25,842 nucleotides of DNA, taken from Planctomycetota bacterium (lineage in GTDB: Bacteria; Planctomycetota; SBBH01; JAHFOU01). The position numbers were made by a program, and so were the translations under genes. The stretch covers positions 1 through 25,842 of the forward strand of contig JAHFOU010000002.1 of NCBI GenBank assembly GCA_023261525.1, read 5' to 3'. Of the stretch, positions 7,111 through 15,478 are shown piece by piece (position 1 is the stretch's first letter; every line of letters begins with the position of its first letter). A model generated the notes under the pieces. It was not told the origin of the DNA. It searched no databases and worked only from the letters and a program-made list of their open reading frames with translations.

Positions 7111-9512
7111 TCCCCCGCGCGGGGAGGGGGTGGCGTCCGCGCCATCTTCTCGCCGTCGTCCTGGCCCTGGCCGGGTTCCTGCTTCCCGCGGCGGCGCGGG
7201 CCGAGGACGGCGAAGGCGAGCCGGTCCAGGCCGTGCGCGTCGAGGGCCTCAAGACCCTGGGCGAGGCCTACCTGCGCTCCCGGATGGAGACCGTGGCCGG
7301 GACGGCGCTCTCCCGCGCCCGTCTCGACCAGGACATCGGCCGGCTCTATGCCACCGGGTACTTCGCCGAGGTGAAGGTGAGGCGGGAGGCCGTGGCGGGC
7401 GGGCAGGTCCTGGTGCTGGAGGTGGTCGAGAACCCCCTCCTCTCCTCCGTGCGCTTCCGGGGCAACCACGCCATCTCGGATTCCCGCCTGGAGGACAAGC
7501 TCCGCACCGCCCTGAAGGAGGGGGAGACCCGATACCTCACGGCCTCCGACCGGGAACTGGACGAGAAGGCCATCGCCGCGGCCTATCGCGAGAAGGCCTT
7601 CCTTTTCGTGAGGGTCCAGTCCCACCTGGAACCCGCCCAGGACGGCGCCAGCCAGGTCCTGGTCTTCGAGATCGAGGAGGGCTCCCCGGTCCCGGTGAAG
7701 AAGATCCGCTTCCGGGGGAACCGGGCCTACAAGGACCGCAAGCTCAAGAACGACGCCCCCGTCCTGACGAAGACCAAGCTCTGGTTCTTCCGCGCCGGGG
7801 CCCTGGACCTCCAGGTCCTCCAGGACGACGCCATCCGCGTGCGGGACTTCTACCGCGCCCACGGCTGGCTGGATGCCGAGGTGAGGGCCCTCCAGGAGGT
7901 GGATCTCGACCGCAAGCGCGCCGAGGTGGTCTTCGAGGTGGAGGAGGGGGAGCGCTACCACGTCGGGCAGGTCTTCCTGAAGACGGCCGGGGTCGACGGG
8001 GCGCGTCCCCTCATCGACGCCGCGACCCTCCTGCCCAAGTTCAAGACGCAGGGGGGCAAGTCCTTCGACCTGGGCGACGTCCTGCATGACGTGGAGAAGG
8101 TGAAGGAGGAATACGGGAACCTGGGCCATCTGGTCGCCCAGGCCACGCCGCGCTACGCCTACCGGACCGCGGGGCGCGAGGTGGACGTCACCCTCGACAT
8201 CCAGGAGGGGCCCAAGGTCCGGATCGCCCGGGTGGAGATGGAGGGGAACAGCCGGACCCGGGACAAGATCCTGAGGCGCGAGATGACCGTCCATCCCGGC
8301 GACGACTTCAACTACGCCAAGCTCAAGCGCAGCGTGAAGAAGATCCACAACCTCCGCTTCTTCGATTCCATCCAGCCGAGGATGGAGGAGACGGGGGACC
8401 CCGAGGAGCGCGACCTGGTGTTCAAGGTGGAGGAGTCCAAGACGGGGCGCTTCAACTACGGCGCCGGCTACAGCGACGAGGCCGGGGTTTTCGGGACCGT
8501 CCGCATCACCCAGAGCAACTTCGATTCGGCGGACCTGAGGAGGTTCCCGGGCAACGCCGGCCGCTTCTTCCTGGGCGACTCCTATGTGGGCGGCGGCCAG
8601 GTCTTCAGCCTCAGCGCCACCCCCGGCCAGCGCGTCACGCGCTACGACATCTCCTACTCGGAGCCCTGGCTCTACGACCGTCCCGTCGGGCTGGGCGCGA
8701 ACGCCTACCTGAGGACCCAGAACTTCCTCGATTACCAGCGGGACGACCAGGGGGCCTCCTTCACGCTCACCCGGCGCTTCGGGGAGTTCTGGACGCTGGG
8801 CTCCACCCAGTCCACCCGCCAGGTCCGCATCTCCGGGGTCTCCCTGGACGCCCCCCAGTTCCTGCGCGATTCGGAGGGGTCCTTCGAGGTCAACGCGGTC
8901 GCACCCTTCGTGCGCTGGGATACCCGGGACGATCCCTACCTGCCGACCCTGGGGCAGATGAACCAGGTCAGCTACGAGTACACCGGAGGCCCGGTCCTGG
9001 GGGGCGTCTCGTACTGGCAGATGGTGGAGGAGTACCAGCACTTCTGGACCCTGCGCCAGGACCAGGACGAGCTGAGCAAGCACGTCCTGTCGTTCTCGGG
9101 CCGGACCGCCATGGTGGAGGCCCGCTACAGGACCGGGGAGCTGCCGGTGGACCTCCAGTACTTCCTGGGAGGGGCCAGCACGGTGCGCGGCTTCAACTAC
9201 CGGGCCATCACCCCCAAGGAGGGAGGCGTCGGCACCGGCGGCCGCTTCTACCTGCTGACCAACCTGGAATACACCTACCCGATCTACGAGGAGATCCTGC
9301 GCGGGGCCCTGTTCGTGGACCGCGGCACGGTGGAACCCTCCATCCGGGACAAGAACCTCCTGGATGATTTCCGGTCGTCCTGGGGATTCGGCCTGAGGAT
9401 CGCCTTGCCCATCAGCCCCATGCCCATCAGCCTGGATTTCGCCTTCCCCCTGGAAGAGCAGGAGGGGGACTCCCTGAGGGTGTTCACCTTCAATTTCGGG
9501 ACCGTGTTCTAG
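7107..9512 (+). CDS. bamA: Outer membrane protein assembly factor BamA (Omp85)
   Basis: Signal peptide, five POTRA-like repeats (e.g. GNSRTRDKILRRE), VRGF motif, C-terminal FNFGTVF; GTGA overlap with dnaB. Confidence 0.95.
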   Translation: MIPRAGRGWRPRHLLAVVLALAGFLLPAAARAEDGEGEPVQAVRVEGLKTLGEAYLRSRMETVAGTALSRARLDQDIGRLYATGYFAEVKVRREAVAGGQVLVLEVVENPLLSSVRFRGNHAISDSRLEDKLRTALKEGETRYLTASDRELDEKAIAAAYREKAFLFVRVQSHLEPAQDGASQVLVFEIEEGSPVPVKKIRFRGNRAYKDRKLKNDAPVLTKTKLWFFRAGALDLQVLQDDAIRVRDFYRAHGWLDAEVRALQEVDLDRKRAEVVFEVEEGERYHVGQVFLKTAGVDGARPLIDAATLLPKFKTQGGKSFDLGDVLHDVEKVKEEYGNLGHLVAQATPRYAYRTAGREVDVTLDIQEGPKVRIARVEMEGNSRTRDKILRREMTVHPGDDFNYAKLKRSVKKIHNLRFFDSIQPRMEETGDPEERDLVFKVEESKTGRFNYGAGYSDEAGVFGTVRITQSNFDSADLRRFPGNAGRFFLGDSYVGGGQVFSLSATPGQRVTRYDISYSEPWLYDRPVGLGANAYLRTQNFLDYQRDDQGASFTLTRRFGEFWTLGSTQSTRQVRISGVSLDAPQFLRDSEGSFEVNAVAPFVRWDTRDDPYLPTLGQMNQVSYEYTGGPVLGGVSYWQMVEEYQHFWTLRQDQDELSKHVLSFSGRTAMVEARYRTGELPVDLQYFLGGASTVRGFNYRAITPKEGGVGTGGRFYLLTNLEYTYPIYEEILRGALFVDRGTVEPSIRDKNLLDDFRSSWGFGLRIALPISPMPISLDFAFPLEEQEGDSLRVFTFNFGTVF

Positions 9513-9546
9513 GGCGCTTTCCGCTTGCAACCCGTTGGCGCAGCAG

Positions 9547-9552
9547 TAGAAT
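9547..9552 (+). promoter_or_regulatory. Putative -10 box (TAGAAT) for skp
   Basis: TAGAAT lies 10 nt upstream of ATG 9563; no SD sequence. Confidence 0.45.
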
Positions 9553-9562
9553 GCGTCGACTC

Positions 9563-10252
9563 ATGAACACCAAAACCGCCCTTCTTCTCGTCCTCGGGGT
9601 CCTGGCAGGGGTCGCCCTGGTCCACTACGCCAAGCCGACGCCGCCGTCCGGATCCCCCGCCGCCTCCACCGCCAGGCCTGCGGTGGACCTCCCTGCCCCC
9701 GCCGACGCCTCGGACTCCCGTGCCCCGGCCCGGATCGCCTATGTGGACCTGGCCACGGTCTTCGTCTCCAGCAAGCAGGCCAAGGCCCTGGAAGCCGAGT
9801 TGAGCAAGTGCAAGGCCCAGGGGTTCGACCAGCTCAAGCCCCTCCAGCTGGAGGGCGACAAGCTCGGCGAGCAGTTGAAGAACATGGCCAAGGACGCCCC
9901 GGAGCGTCCCGCCCTCCAGACCCAGTTCGAGCAGAAGGCCCGGGAATACGCCCAGATCGCCGAGCCCTGGGAGCGGGACCTGGCCATGAAGCGCTTCAAG
10001 GGCCGCGAGAAGATCTACGTCCTGGCCCGTTCCACGATCGAGCGCATCGCCAAGGAGCGGGGCGTCGACATGGTGCTGTCGGACATCGAGGATCCCCGTC
10101 CCGACATGACCGGGGCCAACTCCGAGCAGGTCATCCAGGCCTTCGAGTCCTACATGGGGAAGGTCTACCGCAAGAGCGTCCTCTATTCCGGCCGGGATGC
10201 GGACCTCACCCAGCCCGTCCTGGACGCCATGAACGCGGAGCCCGGCTCCTAG
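9563..10252 (+). CDS. skp: Skp/OmpH periplasmic chaperone (start ATG 9563 preferred over 9551)
   Basis: Hydrophobic N-terminus, RIAYVD strand, coiled-coil tentacles, [11 protein letters not shown] and [11 protein letters not shown]; located between bamA and lpxD. Confidence 0.85.
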   Translation: MNTKTALLLVLGVLAGVALVHYAKPTPPSGSPAASTARPAVDLPAPADASDSRAPARIAYVDLATVFVSSKQAKALEAELSKCKAQGFDQLKPLQLEGDKLGEQLKNMAKDAPERPALQTQFEQKAREYAQIAEPWERDLAMKRFKGREKIYVLARSTIERIAKERGVDMVLSDIEDPRPDMTGANSEQVIQAFESYMGKVYRKSVLYSGRDADLTQPVLDAMNAEPGS

Positions 10253-10271
10253 CATTAGGAGAAAAGGGCAG

Positions 10272-11330
10272 ATGCCGAAGTCCTATACCCTGGGAGAGAT
10301 CGCCGAGCTGGTCGGCGGACAGGTGGACGGCGACGCCCGCACCCGCATCTCGGGGGTCTCGGGCATCCGCGAGGCCCGCAAGGGCGACATCACCTTCGTC
10401 GCCAACGACCGCTATGCGCCCCAGATCCACGAGACCCGCGCCTCGGCCGTGGTCGTTGGGGAGAGGACGCCCGGGAACTCCAAGCCCATGGTCCGGGTCC
10501 GCAACCCCGACCAGGCCTTCTCCAAGCTGGTCGAGGTCATCGGGCACGCCTGCGCCACCGCCCGGCGCCCGGCCGCCGGGGTCCACCCGTCCGCGGTCCT
10601 GGGCCGCAAGGTCTCCCTCGGCAAGGGGGTCTCGATCGGTCCCTGCGTGGTGGTCGAGGACGGGGTTTCGGTGGGGGACGGCACCGTCCTCTACCCCCAC
10701 GTCTACGTCGGCCACAACACCGCGATCGGCCGGGACTGCCTGATCTATCCCAACGTCAGCATCCGGGAGCACACCCGCATCGGGGACCGCGTCATCATCC
10801 ACAGCGGGGCGGCCATCGGCTGCGACGGCTTCGGCTTCTCCACGGTCAAGGGCGTCCACCACAAGATCCCCCAGGTCGGCATCGTCCAGATCGACGACGA
10901 CGTGGAGATCGGGGCCTGCGTCACCATCGACCGGGCGCGCTTCGACAAGACCTGGATCGGGCGCGGCACCAAGATCGACAACCTGGTCCAGATCGCACAC
11001 AACGTGGTCATCGGGCCGCATTGCGTGGTCACCGCCCAGTGCGGGATCGCGGGCTCCAGCCGCCTGGGCAGCAACGTCACCGTCGCCGGCCCGGCCGGCA
11101 TCGCGGGGCACATCGAGGTGGGGGACAACGTGGTCATCGCCGGCCGCGCGGGGGTGACCAAGGACGTCCCCGCCCGCCAGGTCGTCTCCGGCCTGCCCGC
11201 CCAGCCCCATGCCCAGGAGCTCAAGCTCCAGGCCCTGGTCCGGCGCCTGCCGGAAGCCGCCCAGCATCTTGAGGACCTCGAGCGCAGGATCCAGCGTCTT
11301 GAGCAGGCCGCAACACACGCTCGCCGCTGA
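10272..11330 (+). CDS. lpxD: UDP-3-O-acyl-glucosamine N-acyltransferase
   Basis: Hexapeptide repeats, [25 protein letters not shown]; AGGAGA SD upstream. Confidence 0.96.
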   Translation: MPKSYTLGEIAELVGGQVDGDARTRISGVSGIREARKGDITFVANDRYAPQIHETRASAVVVGERTPGNSKPMVRVRNPDQAFSKLVEVIGHACATARRPAAGVHPSAVLGRKVSLGKGVSIGPCVVVEDGVSVGDGTVLYPHVYVGHNTAIGRDCLIYPNVSIREHTRIGDRVIIHSGAAIGCDGFGFSTVKGVHHKIPQVGIVQIDDDVEIGACVTIDRARFDKTWIGRGTKIDNLVQIAHNVVIGPHCVVTAQCGIAGSSRLGSNVTVAGPAGIAGHIEVGDNVVIAGRAGVTKDVPARQVVSGLPAQPHAQELKLQALVRRLPEAAQHLEDLERRIQRLEQAATHARR

Positions 11331-12600
11331 CTTCGAATACCGCGGGGTCGGTCTCCATACCGGCCGCGAGGCGCACGTACGCGTCCGCCCCGCGCCGGAG
11401 AACCACGGCGTGGTCTTCCAGCGCACGGACCTCCCGGGACGCCCCCTCATCGCCGCCCACGTCTCCAACGTCGTCGAGCGCCCGCGCCAGACGGCCATCG
11501 GAACGGGGATGGGCCAGGTCCAGACCGCCGAGCACCTCCTGGCCTCCCTGGCCGGCATGGGCGTGGACAACTGCCTCATCGAGATCGACGGGGACGAGGT
11601 CCCCGGGGCCGACGGCAGCGCCCGCGAGTTCGTCCAGCTCCTCTCCAAGGTCGGGCTGAAGGAGCAGGCCGCGGAGCGGAAGATCTTCAAGGTGAAGACC
11701 CCCATCTCGGTCTCGGTCGGGGACGTCTCCCTGGTGGCCCTACCCTCGCGCGGCGAGGGCCTGACCATCTCCTACACCCTGGACTACGCGGACCTGAAGC
11801 CCCAGCACGTCACCTTCTCCCTGACCCCGGGGATCTTCGTCGAGGAGATCTCCGGCGCCCGCACCTTCTGCCTGGAGAAGGAGGCGGAGGCCCTGCGCGC
11901 CGCCGGCCTGGGCAAGGGGGCCAACTACCAGAACACCCTGGTCCTGAGCTCGGGCGGCGTCGTCCAGAACACCCTGCGCTATGACGACGAGTGCGTGCGC
12001 CACAAGGTCCTGGACCTGATCGGCGACCTCTCCCTCCTCGGCGCGGCCATCGACGGCCACGTGGTGGCCGTGAAGTCCGGCCATGCCACCAACACGGCCC
12101 TGGCCCGCAAGATGGACGAATCCATGCGGGGGCGGTCCTTCTCCGTCCTAAACGTGGAGGAGATCCAGCGCCTCCTGCCCCACCGCTACCCCTTCCTGCT
12201 CGTGGACCGCATCGCGGAGCTGGAGCCGGGCAAGCGGGCTCTGGGCATCAAGAACGTCACGGTCAACGAGGAGTTCTTCCAGGGGCACTTCCCGGGCCGT
12301 CCCATCATGCCGGGCGTCCTCCAGCTCGAGGCCCTGGCCCAGGTCGGGGGCGTCCAGCTCCTGGCCAGCATCGGCGGCGAGGGCAAGCTGGTGGTCCTCT
12401 TGACCATCGACGAGGCAAAGTTCCGCCGCAACGTGGTGCCGGGCGACCAGCTCCTGCTCGAGGCCGTCAGCATCAAGATCAAGGAGCGCACCGGCCAGGT
12501 CCAGGGGCGGGCCTTCGTGGATGGCCAGCTGGTCTGCGAGGCCATGATGAAGTTCATGATCGTGGACAATCCCCCGCCGGCTTCCCGGCCCCAGCCTTGA
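11299..12600 (+). CDS. lpxC-fabZ: Bifunctional LpxC deacetylase / FabZ dehydratase fusion (TTG start at 11299)
   Basis: [30 protein letters not shown] (LpxC); [33 protein letters not shown] (FabZ). TTG is preceded by AGGA and overlaps the 3' end of lpxD by 32 nt. Confidence 0.95.
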   Translation: MSRPQHTLAADFEYRGVGLHTGREAHVRVRPAPENHGVVFQRTDLPGRPLIAAHVSNVVERPRQTAIGTGMGQVQTAEHLLASLAGMGVDNCLIEIDGDEVPGADGSAREFVQLLSKVGLKEQAAERKIFKVKTPISVSVGDVSLVALPSRGEGLTISYTLDYADLKPQHVTFSLTPGIFVEEISGARTFCLEKEAEALRAAGLGKGANYQNTLVLSSGGVVQNTLRYDDECVRHKVLDLIGDLSLLGAAIDGHVVAVKSGHATNTALARKMDESMRGRSFSVLNVEEIQRLLPHRYPFLLVDRIAELEPGKRALGIKNVTVNEEFFQGHFPGRPIMPGVLQLEALAQVGGVQLLASIGGEGKLVVLLTIDEAKFRRNVVPGDQLLLEAVSIKIKERTGQVQGRAFVDGQLVCEAMMKFMIVDNPPPASRPQP

Positions 12601-13391
12601 TCCATCCCACGGCGGTCGTCTCCCCCAAGGCCCGCCTGGGCAAGGGCGTGGAGGTGGGCCCCCACGCGGTGGTGGGCGACGACGTCGTCCTGGGCGACGG
12701 CTGCGTCCTCATGGCCCACGCGGTGGTGCTGGGCCCCTCGACCCTGGGCCGGGAGAACCGCATCTTCCCCGGCGCCGTGCTGGGCGCCGAGCCTCAGGAC
12801 CTCAAGTACAAGGGCGGGAAGACCACGCTGGAGGTCGGCGACCGCAACCTGTTCCGGGAAAGCGTGACCGTGAACCGGGGCACCGAGAAGGGCGGCGGCG
12901 TCACCCGGATCGGGTCCGACAACCTCCTCATGGCCTGCTCCCATGTGGCCCATGACTGCCGGCTGGGCGACGGGATCGTGATCGCCAACGGGGTCCTGCT
13001 GGCCGGCCACGTCCATGTCGACTCCCACGTCCATCTGATGGGGCTGGCGGCCATCCACCAGTTCTCCACCGTGGGCCGGTACGCCTTCGTGGCGGGCTAC
13101 ACGCCGGTCGCCCAGGACGTCCCGCCCTTCATGATCGTCCAGGGCATCCCGCCCCGCGTGCGCGGCGTGAACGAGATCGGCTTGGGCCGCCACGGGTTCT
13201 CCCCTGAGCGCATCCAGGCCGTCAAGGACGCCTGCAAGAAGCTCTACCGTTCCGGGGCCCTGCGCGGCGAGGCCCTCCAGGCCCTGGAGTTGGCCGGGGA
13301 CGCCAACCCCGACCTCAAGCTCCTGGTCGAGGCGCTCAAGGCCTCGGACCAGGGCAAGCACGGCCGGGCCCTCGAAGCCACGCGCGCATGA
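12597..13391 (+). CDS. lpxA: Acyl-ACP--UDP-N-acetylglucosamine acyltransferase (TTG start, TTGA overlap)
   Basis: IHPTAVV, PQDLKYKG, RESVTVNRGT, HVAHDC, HQF, QDVPPF within ORF 11991..13391. Confidence 0.95.
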   Translation: MIHPTAVVSPKARLGKGVEVGPHAVVGDDVVLGDGCVLMAHAVVLGPSTLGRENRIFPGAVLGAEPQDLKYKGGKTTLEVGDRNLFRESVTVNRGTEKGGGVTRIGSDNLLMACSHVAHDCRLGDGIVIANGVLLAGHVHVDSHVHLMGLAAIHQFSTVGRYAFVAGYTPVAQDVPPFMIVQGIPPRVRGVNEIGLGRHGFSPERIQAVKDACKKLYRSGALRGEALQALELAGDANPDLKLLVEALKASDQGKHGRALEATRA

Positions 13392-14392
13392 GCTTCCGCG
13401 CGGCGGTCGTGGGGGTGGGCCACCTGGGCCGCCACCATGCCCGGATCTGGTCCCAGCTTCCCGGCGTGGAGCTGGTCGCCGTCTCCGACCTGGACTCCAC
13501 CCGGGTGGGGGAGGTGGCGCGGGACTGCGGGGCCAAGCCCCTGAGGGACTACCGCGACATCCCCGAGGTGGATGCCGTCTCCGTGGCGGTGCCCACGGTG
13601 GGCCACCACGAAGTGGCGACCCACTTCCTTTCCCGAGGGATCCCGGTCCTGGTCGAGAAACCCATGACCACCACCTCCGCCCAGGCCGAGGCCCTGGTGG
13701 CCCTGGCGCGTCAGAAGAAGGTCCATCTCCAGCCGGGCTTCGTCGAGCGCTTCAATCCCGCGCTCAAGGCCGCCTCCTCCATCCTCAAGCGCCCCCGCTT
13801 CATCGAGGCGATCCGGATCTCGCCCCTCCAGTTCCGCTCCCTGGACATCGGGGTGGTCATGGACCTCATGATCCACGATCTCGACATCGTCCTCTGGCTG
13901 GCGGGGGCCCCGGTCCAGCGGGTCGAGGCCCTGGGGGTGAACGTCCTGACGGGGCATGAGGACCTGGCCAAGGTCCGCCTGACGTTCGCGAACGGCTGCC
14001 AGGCCGACCTCACGGCCAGCCGGATCGCCACCAAGACGGTGCGGGAGATCCGCGTCTTCCAGGAGGACGCCTACCTCTCCCTGGATTACGGCGAGAAGCG
14101 GGTCAAGGTCTGCCGCAAGAAGGGGGACCCGCCCCGCAACCCCATCCTGCTGGCGGGCCTCCTGGCCGCGTCGGGGGGGGATCCCAAGGCCCTCATGGCC
14201 CGCTACCTGGACCTCCAGGACCTGCCCATCGACGACGAGGAGCCCCTGGCGGCCGAGATCCGCTCCTTCCTGGCCGTGGTCCGCGACGGCGCCGCGGCGG
14301 TCGTGACGGGGGAGGACGCCCTGGCTGCCCTGAAAGTCGCTGAGCGCATCCGCCAGGAGATCCAGGCCGCTTCCTCGGCGGCGGCCCGCTAG
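13388..14392 (+). CDS. Gfo/Idh/MocA NAD-dependent oxidoreductase, GnnA-like (candidate UDP-GlcNAc 3-dehydrogenase)
   Basis: GVGHLG, VLVEKP, GFVERFNP, DLMIHDLD; ATGA-coupled to lpxA. Confidence 0.85.
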   Translation: MSFRAAVVGVGHLGRHHARIWSQLPGVELVAVSDLDSTRVGEVARDCGAKPLRDYRDIPEVDAVSVAVPTVGHHEVATHFLSRGIPVLVEKPMTTTSAQAEALVALARQKKVHLQPGFVERFNPALKAASSILKRPRFIEAIRISPLQFRSLDIGVVMDLMIHDLDIVLWLAGAPVQRVEALGVNVLTGHEDLAKVRLTFANGCQADLTASRIATKTVREIRVFQEDAYLSLDYGEKRVKVCRKKGDPPRNPILLAGLLAASGGDPKALMARYLDLQDLPIDDEEPLAAEIRSFLAVVRDGAAAVVTGEDALAALKVAERIRQEIQAASSAAAR

Positions 14393-14395
14393 AAT
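14390..14395 (+). promoter_or_regulatory. -10 box (TAGAAT) built on the upstream stop codon; leaderless arsC
   Basis: TAG stop plus AAT, then 6 nt (ccatcc), then ATG 14402. Confidence 0.55.
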
Positions 14396-14401
14396 CCATC
14401 C

Positions 14402-14821
14402 ATGCCCCTTCCCCATGTCCTGTTCCTGTGTACCGCCAACTCCTGCCGGAGCCAGATCGCCGAGGGCCTCTTCCGGGCCCTGGCGCCGGAGGGGTGGGAG
14501 GTGGAGAGCGCGGGGACCAACCCGGTGGGGCATGTGCATCCCGGGGCTATCGCTACCATGAAGGAGGCGGGGATCGACATCTCCGCCCAGCAGTCCAAGG
14601 GGATCGATCCGGGGATCTATGAGCGCGCCACCCTGATCGTGACGGTCTGCGGCCACGCCGACGAGCGATGCCCCGTCCCGCCGCCGGGGACGGTCAAGAT
14701 CCACTGGCCCATCGAGGATCCGGTGGCCAGGGCCTCCTTCGGGGAGGTCCGGGAGGATCTTCGGGCCCGGGTGACGGAGCTGATCGGCGAGCTGGGTGGG
14801 AAAATCAGGAATTCCCGTTGA
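14402..14821 (+). CDS. arsC: Thioredoxin-coupled arsenate reductase (LMW-PTP fold)
   Basis: CTANSCRSQIAEG (CX5R), a second Cys pair TVCGHADERCP, and HWPIEDP. Confidence 0.85.
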   Translation: MPLPHVLFLCTANSCRSQIAEGLFRALAPEGWEVESAGTNPVGHVHPGAIATMKEAGIDISAQQSKGIDPGIYERATLIVTVCGHADERCPVPPPGTVKIHWPIEDPVARASFGEVREDLRARVTELIGELGGKIRNSR

Positions 14822-14841
14822 TTTTGTCCCGCCTATTTAGT

Positions 14842-14861
14842 ATGTGAGTGTTCACTCACAT
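14842..14861. promoter_or_regulatory. Palindromic operator, probable TetR binding site, overlapping the tetR start codon
   Basis: ATGTGAGTG-TT-CACTCACAT has perfect 9-bp arms in an AT-rich intergenic region; TTGATT at 14818-14823 and TAGTAT at 14838-14843 are nearby. Confidence 0.75.
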
Positions 14862-15462
14862 GATTCTGGACGCCAAAACCGCCGAGAACGCCCCCGTCCG
14901 CCGGGGGGCCGCCGCCCGCCTCCGCCTGGAGAAGGCGGCCCTGCGCTGCTTCGTCCGCCGTGGGATCGACGCGGCCACGACGAAGGAGATCGCGAAGGCC
15001 GCCCGCATGGCCGAAGGCAACCTCTACCGCCACTTCTCCAGCAAAGAGGACCTGGCCTGGGCCCTGTACAAGGACCGCCTGGCCTCCTTCGTCGCCCTCC
15101 TGGAGGAGGACGCCCGTTGCGACGGGGGGGCTCGCGCCCGCTTGGAAGCCCTGCTGGGGCGCTTCCGCCGCCTGCTGGAGGAGGACCCGGACACCTACGC
15201 CTACATCGTCCTGGCCCAGCACAGCCTCCTGAACCGGACGCCCAAGGGGATGCACACGCCGACGGACGTGGTGGCGGGGATCCTGGCCGAGGGCCAGAAG
15301 AAGGGGGAGGTGCGCGCGGGCTCGGCGGACCTCCTGGCCACCCTGCTGGTGGGGATGGTGATCCGGGTGACCCTGCTCAAGATGTCGGGGCACCTGGAGG
15401 GGGGGGCGGCGGCGTTGGAGCGGGAGCTCGCCGGGGCCTGCTGGCGCGTGGTAGCGGGATGA
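14860..15462 (+). CDS. TetR/AcrR family transcriptional regulator (ATG 14860 preferred over GTG 14848)
   Basis: HTH: FVRRGIDAATTKEIAKAARMAEGNLYRHFSSKEDL. Confidence 0.92.
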   Translation: MILDAKTAENAPVRRGAAARLRLEKAALRCFVRRGIDAATTKEIAKAARMAEGNLYRHFSSKEDLAWALYKDRLASFVALLEEDARCDGGARARLEALLGRFRRLLEEDPDTYAYIVLAQHSLLNRTPKGMHTPTDVVAGILAEGQKKGEVRAGSADLLATLLVGMVIRVTLLKMSGHLEGGAAALERELAGACWRVVAG

Positions 15463-15478
15463 AACAAGGAGGGACTGC

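Noticed and set aside
896-9530. Long antisense ORFs 896..3244 (+), 3512..4687 (-), 4858..7080 (-) and 7071..9530 (-)
   Set aside because: They mirror pnp, the BRCT protein, eboB/dnaB and bamA, and are shadow ORFs caused by high-GC codon bias.
11299-12600. lpxC-fabZ fusion as a novelty
   Set aside because: It is well known in Bacteroidota, Chlorobi and PVC lineages, so it is reported as a feature only.
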